Part shown: positions 53,841-64,000 of the stretch, in pieces | How the letters are laid out: every line of letters starts with the position of its first letter | How positions within the stretch are numbered: position 1 is the stretch's first letter | Assembly (NCBI GenBank): GCA_951406725.2 | Contig: OX597823.1 | Span: 72,602,001 to 72,666,000, forward strand | Length of the DNA: 64,000 nt | Direction: 5' to 3' | From: Octopus vulgaris | Taxonomy: Eukaryota | Made by a program: the position numbers and the translations under genes | Notes under the pieces: model-generated | Told to the model about the DNA's origin: nothing | Database searches by the model: none | Seen by the model: only the letters and a program-made list of their open reading frames with translations

Positions 53841-56340
53841 ATACAGTAGACATAAAAAATAGATGAATTTTACATTGTGTAATGGCTTTAGAGCAAACCA
53901 ATTAAATAAGTCAATCATTTTCTTTTAGATTCCAATGTGTCTCTCTCTACTGTTGTTTTATTCCCTGTTTCTTCATTCGATGAGCAAAAGAATCAAACTT
54001 TACTCTCGATTCAAAAAAAGTTTGTTACATCTAAACTTTGTTGGTGTTGAAAAGGGATTGATGACTTCTAATATAAACTTAGTAAATGTCAGCGGCATAA
54101 CATTTATTGAATCGTTAATACTGACAATTCTCATCGTTTGGGAATTCGTTCAACGTTGAACATAAGGGCCTACCATTCACAATAATACTTAAATTGATAC
54201 ATGCTATTAATTTGTTTGGAATGGATACAGCTAATTTTATTAACCCCAATGGGAGAAAGAGGCAGCAGGGTTTTATTGACCTGAACAGAAAAAGCGAAGA
54301 GATGAAATTAATATTTTTAGGTTAGTATTGTGGTGCATTGTCTTTTTAGCCACTATGAACCGGAAGTTTGAAAGACACATTTAATCAATTACTTTTCAAT
54401 TTATTTGCTCCTAATGGAATGGTGTTTATTTACCTTTCCATTTACCATTTTATGTGCTATGTCTCCCCTCTTTATACTTCTTTACATAGATGCTTATATG
54501 CGCAACAATAAATAAACTATCTTCTGTTAAAGCTATTAGTGATTTCATTTTTGCTATTAATGCTCTCTATCGCTTCCTTTTTATTATTGGCTCCCTTGCT
54601 ACATTAAATATTTTAGAAAGTACATCGAAGAATTAATTGATCTCTAATGAGTTATTTAATAGCACAGCTTTTATGATTTTACTCAATAATATTTGTTAGA
54701 AATAAAATGAAAAACCGCCGAATAAAATGAAATTTTCTAAGAGATGCTTGCTATTCGTTCCAGATTGGATACAGATTGAACTCCATTAGAGTGTTCACCG
54801 TAACGGAAATTTAAGTTATTATCATTAACGTTATATCTTGTGGTTGATGTTACATCTTGTACATATAACTTGGTTATTACTTATTTTAATTTTATGATGA
54901 CAAAATTTATTAAATATTTGGAAATGCTCATTGTCTCTAATATTTGGTAAGGGGAAATGACTTAACGAAAGATGGGACATAATAAAGAAAAGGATTGGCA
55001 ACTCTGAAGCGAAGCACGGATGAGAAAATAGAAAAATAATTGGGCAAATTAGGTATATCTTAACATATGCGGTTCATAATTAATTATATGCATAACTACG
55101 ATTTATAAATGTTTCGTGTATCGGCTAAAGACACTCACTACTGATAGTGTTCCTTCGAATTCGATTCCCTTTATCTCGAAGAAATATGTTGACCATATAT
55201 CTCGAAAAGAGTGGTTTTATCGTCAAGTCTATACGCAATATCACTAACGGAGATGTTTGAGCTGTTTCGATATGGATGCATAAGGTAGTGGATTAATGAT
55301 TTTCTACATCCATGTGGCCTCGAGGCTTTAGCAACAATCAAATCACGTAGACAAAACCCAAACTTAATGCTGAAATTTTAAGTATAGAAAAGTAGTTCTT
55401 AGACTCATGAATCATAATAATTCCGAAATGTACATGTCATTTCTCAAACAATATTTCACAGAATTACGTGAAGATTTCTCTATGGATACAGAACTTAAAA
55501 ACAGACAAACAGCCTACAATACTTGAATTAGATAGCATTGCTTAAATTCATTCCAGGTCGAAGGCCTCAGTATGTTCATTTCACCAACTACGATCCGATG
55601 TGAAGACAGGAAATTTCTGCTTGAGATCATACTGGTTTGATGTGACTACCATGGCACATTTGCTCGATACGACTTAGAAGAAAGGTGCAGTTTTATTATT
55701 TACACTTGTACCCAGGAATAGCTAAGTCGATTATAATGCTCATTGACATGGATATCGGACGATCTAGAACTTGATATGGGCAAAATTCAAATGAATTGTC
55801 ATAGAATCATCATCGATGTTTGAAAAGGTCAAGATGGTGCATTTTTGTTTTTGGTATATGGTGTTATGCGCTACCCACTCGCAATATTCTCAATGCTATC
55901 GGAACTAGTTCAGTGGAGAATATGAAGTTAGAATTTGAAGATGTGACTTGCAGCGCATATTCACAATATACAACATATTAATGGTAACTTCATTTCATTG
56001 CATGGTAGAGTGCTGAACGTTTTCTTCTATGAGAGTAACTCTCTGTTATCGATGTTAGGCTGTTGCCACTTGATTTGATGGGACGACTTTGTAGTGGTTA
56101 GATTTTCGGATCTCCACTTCCAGAAGTACGCATACATACCTACGTGTTTAAGCATACATACAAAAGACATACATATGCAGATATATACACAAACACATAT
56201 ATGTGTATATGTAGGCATACATAATACATATACATATATACGTAAACTGAGTCATATATATGCATCTCTCTCTCTCTTTGTCTCTCTCTCTCTTTGTCTC
56301 TCTCTCTCTTTGTCTCTCTCTCTCTTTGTCTCTCTCTCTT

Positions 56341-56391
<51 letters not shown>

Positions 56392-57231
56392 TTAAAGGAG
56401 AACATAACTATTTCCATGCTGCCGATTAGAACTTATCATGAACTTAACATAAACAGCACGGGTAGAGTCTGTCGGCTGCCGATGTTTGTAGCCATTAGAT
56501 GCTTGTACACTAGAATAAGATTAAAGGACACGTGTCTAAGCGTATAGTGCTACTTTGCTGTATTTTATTCTAGTTTTGTTTTCCTGCACTTCTTGTAAGT
56601 TCAAGTTATTTCGTAAGCTGTTATAGTGTTTTGGGAAGTGTTGTAAATTTATATAATTGCTTGGGCTGGTTCGGGTGTGTAGTGATAAAAATGCTGTAGA
56701 TTGTGACACTCGACTGTAAAAATCATGGTATACTGGAGATAAATGGTTGATGAAGAGAGTAGATGTAGACAGACCTTTTCAATTTCCAAAATTCCTCAAA
56801 TTCCAACGCGTAAAGTAAAACCACTCTGAACATGAAGTATGGTCTGATGTCACTCGAATATTTGTTTCACGTATCATAATTGTATTCCGGGAAAGAAATA
56901 TGAAATATGTTATCGAGAAGCACATACTTAAGTTTAAAGAAGTTTTTTCAAGTAGGCGTTTACAACTTCATAAGACCAATATAAAATGCTCTCTATAAAT
57001 TAAGATTGTCGAGAGATTCGTTCGTTGATAATATTATTAAAATTTCTTATACGTCTCATTTTGTTATATGAAAAGCGTATGATGCACAATTTAGTGCACC
57101 CAGTGATGTTTTGAACCAAAATTATCCTGAAGGTGACTAAGACACAACGAGGAAATCTAGATAGCTACTTAGAGGTTTGTGTGTGTATGTATAATATATA
57201 TATACATATATGTATGTATACACACACACAT

Positions 57232-57264
<33 letters not shown>

Positions 57265-58684
57265 AATATATAGAAATTGCTCCATCCTCTATTCAGTTGC
57301 ACAGCAAATCTCCATGGTTTGAAGTATTGGTGACAAACGAAAGTTATAACTTCCACTGGATTGATCGGATCACTTTGAACTGCCATAAGTCTCTTCAGTC
57401 CATTTTAAGTTCGGAACAACTTTGGTTCAACTTCGGACTATCCTTTTATTATATACATACATACGTACGTACGTACATACATACATACATACATACATAC
57501 ATACATACATACATACATACATTTCTTCGATTAGTTTGAAGTACTTCAGTTCGTATGTATCTAAAATGTAGAAAAATTATGATGGAATTATACGTACCAT
57601 GCCCAAAATTTGGATATAGAGATGCTAATCAAAATTAAGTAACGGGATGCTTTCTTACATATAAATAACCGACGATCTTCCGTATAATGCTAATACGTAT
57701 TTTTTAGAGAGATTAAAAATTTTATGGGAGAAGGAATACGAATTGTTCAGCGTTTGCATTTTTCTACAAAACGTTTCATTTGCATAGTGTATAAAATATA
57801 TTGTCACCAACTTTAAATTTTCGACAGTAAACTCAATTGAATATGATTTTATTAAACCAGCCGTACATATCTTCCCATATATAGGGAACGATATAATGGG
57901 CTGAATCCATTTCACTACAATATAATTGTTATTGAAAATGTATATTAATCTCAAATTTGGATACGTTAACCTAGTTATTTCAATTTACCTCACAGAGTAG
58001 TGGAACTAAATAAGGTAAATCATATAATTCCTGTCCCACAATTCTACCACCTTTGTATTGTATACAGTAATTAGTTATAAAATCCAGGCAATTATAAATT
58101 CCAGAAAATGCTGATTTTAGGCTAGATGCAATTTCATATGTCACTAAATAGAATTCTTGCAGAGGAGAATCAAAGCTTGACGAATCATAACCATGTCATT
58201 AGTTTAAATGAAGAATGCGTATTCATTTTATTCACGGTCGTAAAATCTTCGTATTAATCATACGTTCATTTTACCGTCATTTCAAGAGCAGGAGAGCCAC
58301 TCATTTAACGATTCTTTAATAGATTGATGAATGATCTGTGCGCATTACGTTATCGTTAATTGTTGAACATGAAGGAACGGGACTGAGCAGAATGTATAAA
58401 GACCGATGAAATATACGAATTTGTTAGCATTTACATTCATAAAGCCTTACTTCACACATCCTATAATCGAAAGTTCCATCCACGACGATTCCACCAGCTT
58501 GCAAATAGAATTTTCATTTATGCTGCCTTATATGTGCCCTCGTTATACAAAGTAATTTTGCGTGTCATATTTAGATAGAATGTGATATAAGGACAATGCC
58601 GTTGTCATTTCAACCTGGTAGAGCAACTATGTAGATGTAGGTCCTTAAATAAATAAATAAATGAATGAATAAATAATATATACA

Positions 58685-58721
<37 letters not shown>

Positions 58722-58725
<4 letters not shown>

Positions 58726-59187
58726 AAATATTAGGAAATAAATCCAAACTTACAGGGACAAATCAGATTTAGGATTGAATCCAATTTTATAGTAAAATAT
58801 TATATTATATTAACTTAGAGATAAAACCACTATTAGGCAAATCAAACAATGAAAAACTTAAGCCAATACATAAAATTAATTTATTTATATTATTTTAAAT
58901 ATATATCAAAAGTATTAAAAGTTTAATAAAAGATAATGAGTAAAACACTACGATCGTTTCAAGGCTGTCCAATTCGTAATAATTCGAATTATGGTTACAG
59001 TCAATCTTCAGGTAATTGAAATATTTATGTTAGCGAGGTTTAGCAATGCTAAACCTCGCTATCTTTTATCAAACTTTTAAACTTTTAATACTTTTGATAT
59101 ATATTTAAAATAATATAAATGAAATAATTTTATGTATTGGCTTAAGTTTTTCATTGTTTGATTTGCCTAATAGTGGTTTTATCTCTA

Positions 59188-59190
<3 letters not shown>
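58722..59190 (-). mobile_element. Non-coding fold-back element (Penelope pLTR-like) between (TA)n tracts
   Basis: Inverted arms 58815-58935 and 59060-59188; internal hammerhead motif; perfect 15-bp hairpin 59031-59061. Confidence 0.7.
58944..59016 (-). ncRNA. Minimal type-I hammerhead ribozyme motif
   Basis: Minus strand attac CTGAAGA [gactgt..cc..aattcg / cgaatt gg acagcc] GAAAC GATC GTA gtgtt. Palindromic loop GATC; stem I imperfect. Confidence 0.62.
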
Positions 59191-59273
<83 letters not shown>

Positions 59274-59519
59274 ATAAAGGAAATAAGACAAGGTAGAAAA
59301 TACGAAAATAATTTTATCGTGAAGAATATTTCAGTATCTCTTTCATGCTTTGCGACTTTTTCAAATTAAAGCAAAACATGAAAAACAATTAAATAGTGGA
59401 AAAATTAGATGAAATGTCATTTTAAAGAATATTTCCATAGTTCTCAAATACTTATTGCATTTTCCATTTTCTGTCTCTCCCTCGCTTTCTTTTTTACTTT
59501 TGTGAATGTTGGGTAGGTA

Positions 59520-59536
59520 GAAGATAGAAGATAGAA

Positions 59537-59568
<32 letters not shown>

Positions 59569-59770
59569 AGAAGGACGAATAAGAAGAGGAGAAGTAGGAG
59601 GAGGAAGAGGAGGAGGAGGAGAAGAAGAAGAAGAAGAAGAAGAAGAAGAAGAAAAAGAAGAAGAAACAGAAGAAAAGAGTGAGTAGAAAATTAAAAAGAA
59701 GAAGAAAAAGACCGGAGTTGTATAACAGTAGGCCGTTGCTAGAGTCTTCTTAAAAGGTCAAGTGACCTAA
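59520..59770. repeat. (GAA/GGA)n tract plus flank homologous to 18050-18185
   Basis: ggagttgtataacag..taggccgttgctagagtcttcttaaa.ggtcaagtga is present at both loci. Confidence 0.9.
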
Positions 59771-61244
59771 AAGTGACCTGTTGTGGATATTGTAGCAGTG
59801 ATTGAAATTGTGAAATTGTTCTGAATGAATTCCTGCTTACTGATTTACCTGAATATATCACTTTTAATATTTGCGTGGGTATTATTCTAAGGACCTTGTA
59901 GCAGTGTCATTTGTGGTTGAATTATTCAAAAGTGGTCTATATTTTACGATAAAATATGATTCTTTCCTAATGCGCTAATTATATGTTGCATCGTCCCTGA
60001 ATTTATAGAGGGGAAACATTTTGAAGTTGAGTTTTTCGTTAGTGGCGCTAATGTCGATGTATTCGCTAAATGATAATTTTCTGCATTTCCGAATTGCTCA
60101 ACTATTTATGAAATGATCCTCGTATGCTGTTACTATATTTAGTCAAAAATACTGAATAAAACAGAAGCTTTTGCTAGCTCATAAAACTACTACATATGCA
60201 AAAGGAGGGACTGAGTAGTAATTATCCGATCCTTGCTTACCGGGTGACGACGTCGATAATAGATTATGAAAGCAACTCCCTCCTTTATTAAATTCCAGCG
60301 TCGTCTCTGGACAGCAATCAGAATTTCATGCACTTGGAGCAGTGGTAATTTGCACCTTGCTTTATATATCATAAAGTTGAACTGCCCATCCGTCAGATAT
60401 TCAAATATTAGATAAATACCACAAACATTATTTACAAAACATCAGTGGAGTGGACTGGAAGTACTAAATCCATTGCTTTGTTACTTCCAACAAATTTAAC
60501 CTCTCTTACATTGAATCGTTTTTTCATACGCAAAAGTTGATGCAATTGTCATATGGTGTCACAAGTAATTTTAGAAGCCCTTCTCTCGGATACGAAGATA
60601 AAATACAGTCGAATTTATTCATTTCTAATGCACTCAGAAAACATTTGATTTAAAAAACATCTCTTTCTGTAATTTTATACCGACGTAGAAGGATAGTATC
60701 CATGCACTTGATGCATCTTTGAGGCTAAGAAACGGAAAGGAAGGTAGGAACCAGGACTCGTCGGTCATTGATGAAGAATGCAACCCATTTATCTTTAAAC
60801 CATGGATTTGCTTACAACTTATCACACTTTTGGATACGTTTCTATCCGTAGAAACTTATCAGAACATTGTTAGAATAATATGCATATGGTTAAAAAATAC
60901 ACATAAAGAGGAGATCTGTTTCCAACAAATTGCGGTTGTTACACGAATTTTATAAATGTTGGAGAGAATATGAAATAATAGTTGTCTGGTAATAATACTG
61001 ACATGATAGATTTTTAAACTAAAATTCCTAAAATGGATAGGGTATTTCGAAGAATTGCTTTGATACAATGGTAGAACACCCGTGATATCCACGGAAGTTC
61101 GAGTTCGAGTTCACAGTCAGACTTCGACTTCTATCCAAAAGCGCTTAAGATTTTTCAGCTCAATTTGCACATTGTATTATTTAATGCTTTTTGAGAGCCC
61201 CGAGATCCGCTATTCCAGAACACACACACACATATATATGTATA

Positions 61245-62118
61245 CCGGGTGTGATAGGTAAATTGTTGCCATTTTATAGTTGTAATTTCGCGCATGCTCA
61301 TTGTTTGTCTTTGATTTTGTCAACTACACAATAAAGTAGAGTCAGTTGTCTGTGAGCAATACAGTACCGCGACGCAATTCACTGTGCCAGAAATTTGGAA
61401 ACGACATGCAGTGCTTCTTGTTATTCACGTCGGAAACTCCAATACGAACGTTTCAGAGTGTTTGGGTGTCAATCTGGGAACAGTCCAATCTGAGGACATG
61501 TACCGAGAGTGATAAAAATCAAACATCCAGTCAACATCATGGTGCTTGGAGTTATTACTAGTGGTGGCAACGTAATACATCTGTTCATTTTCCCACACCG
61601 ATTCAGATCTAACACGGAGGCCTACATCAAGTGCTTGGAGACGTTAGTGCTTCCCTGGGTCAAGTGGATGGCTGGAAGACCCTATGTCTGGCAACAGAAT
61701 TCTGTACCGTGCCATTCAAGCAGGAGAACCCAGTAATGACCCTCAGACAATTTCTGCGACCACATCAACCTTAAAGGCCACCTAACTCTCTAGACTGAAA
61801 TCCCTTTGATTATCATATGTGGGGTGCGGTTGAACGAGAGACACACTAAACTCCTTATGATACCAAAGATGAACTGAAAGCAAGGATTATAACAGCATAC
61901 AGCAACTTGAACAACTAGACCGTTCAGATGGGTTACAGGAGATTCTGAAGTCATCTTGAGACACTGGTTGAAGCCAATAGAAATTTTATTGAATAAATTT
62001 ATTCTTTGTATTTCAAGATATTTTTATGTAATTTTGGTAAATGTGGCTGTTAAAATGAGATGCGAATTTTATTTTCATTTTCGAGTAATTTAGACGACAA
62101 TTTATTCACCGCATCCTG
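61245..62118 (+). mobile_element. Internally deleted Tc1/mariner element, maT (DD37D)-like
   Basis: Imperfect TIRs (ccgggtgtgataggtaaattgttgcc / gacgacaatttattcaccgcatcctg) after TA. Transposase motifs KHPVNIMVLGVI, YVWQQNSVPCH and PPNS.D.NPFDYHMWG. Confidence 0.85.
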
Positions 62119-62285
62119 CATTCGCCCATTTGAACGTGGATGTTCTATAAGGACAAACAACAATTGATAAATACCTTGAGGGAAATTCTCGTATTGGCTT
62201 TTGTTGCAAATTGGCCACTTGATATGTATCGCAGTATAGTTCTGTTCTAACACAGAACATCGACGTCTAAATGAGCATAAATATT

Positions 62286-62392
62286 ACTTTGCCTTTCGGG
62301 GTTGATAAATTAAGTACAGTTTGCTTTCTTAGGTCGATCTTATCGACTGGCCTACCCCCCAAAAAATTTAGGGGCTTGTGCCTAGAGTAGAA
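62286..62392 (+). mobile_element. SINE family B 3' fragment, alternative tail
   Basis: actttgcctttcggggttgataaattaagtac...cccccaaaaaatttaggggcttgtgcctagagtagaa. Confidence 0.75.
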
Positions 62393-62663
62393 TATTTATT
62401 AATTTGGATAATGTTCACATTTTGTATTTTAAAATCTAAAACTACACGCGTATATGCCCAACGCCACGCACACATGCAAACATATACACACACACGCGCG
62501 CATACACACACACGCGTGCATACACACACACGCACATGTATAAATATATATGATTTTTGATTTTGATTTTTCCAGTTTCAGCTCATGAGCTGTGGCCATG
62601 CTGGGGCACCGCCATTGTATATATATATATATACATACAGACATGTAAAGTCTGCTATTATTG

Positions 62664-62723
<60 letters not shown>

Positions 62724-63911
62724 CATACATGTAAAGTCTGCTATTATTTTTAAATAACAAGATGTTAGTGGCGAATAGCTATTTAATATAATATTATTAG
62801 ACAGTAACCGATAGACAATTTTAGTACTATTTCTGAACAATCTATTATGGATTAATCAGCACTTTGTTTCCAAGCAGGGTAAGAGTTAATACAATACAGA
62901 TTCGTCTAAACGAATGTATTTCCGAGATTAAAATAAACGTTGTCTTAAATAAACAATTCTGTACTTTGTATTATTTAATTCCCCCAGCTTAATTATATAT
63001 TTCGAAAGATAATTTTTATAGTCTGAATTGCTTAATATGTCGTTATTGTGAAGAGGTCATAGAAATGTCTTCGAAAGTTCAAACAATTAATTATATATGT
63101 TTCGGTATATTGAAGAAAAATGAATACATAAAGGAATAAAAACATCTTCTTGTGAATATATTATTGGTGTGAGTCCTATTACTGATAGCTGAAAATTAGT
63201 AATATTATGTAGTTCTAAATAGACCGTTCACGCACGAACACATACATTTCCATACACTTAGAGGCATACAGACTTGCACACAAGGGTATACCACACATAT
63301 CTGTGCATGCGTATGTGCATTTCTTTAAATATATACAGAGAAACATATATCAGAATGTCGTTGGTTAAACAGTGCGGATAAAATTTCAATATATTTTTCT
63401 TACATATGCACAAAAGTGGGAGATTTGAATAGAAATTTATAAAAAGAAAACATGAAATGCAGAAATATATTACCTGATTAAATATGCTTACTACCTATAG
63501 GCATAAGGGTAAAAATATGTGGGTCATAGGGCTAGTCGATGACATCACTCCAGCACGAATCATAAAATAATACATCTCTACTGAAAATAAGGTCAACCAC
63601 GGGTGATTTTAATGCATACAACGATGCTACCATGCGGGTTGTCCGGTGTGCGAACAATAATATTAATTAATAATAATTTCTTGCCGTGTAGACAAATTTG
63701 AAGGGCTGGTCCATCATCAGTGCCATAGTGTTAAAGCTGGTGCATGCAGAATATCCGCAGCTGTGGAGAAACACGTGATACTTCAAAAGTGGCAAATTTG
63801 AACTAAAGACACGTAACTAAATATTAACCCTTAAATTGCCATAAATATATATATTGATTATTCATGCATGGCTTCGTTCCTTGGCACTGACATTACCCTA
63901 AGAAAATACAT

Positions 63912-64000
63912 AGGCGTAGGAGTGGCTGTGTGGTAAGTAGCTTGCTTACGAACCACATGGTTCCGGGTTCAGTCCCACTGCGTAGCACCTTCGCCAAGTG
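63912..64000 (+). mobile_element. SINE family A head (runs off window)
   Basis: aggcgtaggagtggctgtgtggtaagtagcttgc...ggttccgggttcagtccc. Confidence 0.92.

Noticed and set aside
57360-57405. Minus-strand ggaCTGAAGA gact..agtt caaa..tcc
   Set aside because: GAAA is mutated and the stem III/cleavage triplet is missing.
59800-60700. Possible pogo-like DDE relic (LVLPVHST)
   Set aside because: Single weak motif and no TIRs found.
62641-62748. 22-bp direct repeats flanking (TA)n, resembling a TSD or CRISPR-like repeat
   Set aside because: Only two copies; simple local slippage duplication in eukaryotic DNA.

Overview
AT-rich eukaryotic DNA, dense in microsatellites and transposable elements. The SINE families and (TA)n/(CA)n density suggest a coleoid cephalopod, most likely Octopus (inference). 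No host protein-coding gene can be called with confidence. Nearly all listed ORFs are microsatellite artefacts or TE relics, and the only hint of a host gene is a candidate 16-nt minus-strand microexon. The window holds a recently inactivated Tx1/L1-clade LINE (1-2347), relics of R4/Dong (x2), CR1, CRE and Penelope-like retroelements, mariner/Tc1/maT relics, about 18 tRNA-derived SINE copies from at least 4 families, and a decayed 18S rDNA fragment. Two results stand out. (1) Two minimal type-I hammerhead ribozyme motifs with palindromic loop III (6298-6392 +, 58944-59016 -) each lie in a short non-coding element embedded in (TA)n, suggesting Penelope-dependent, retrozyme-like elements. (2) One SINE family has a 3' tail sharing 24 identical nt and a covarying stem-loop with the 3' UTR of the Tx1-like LINE, which makes a candidate SINE-LINE partnership, possibly with a preference for inserting into other SINEs. 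All calls were made by eye; no database searches were run.
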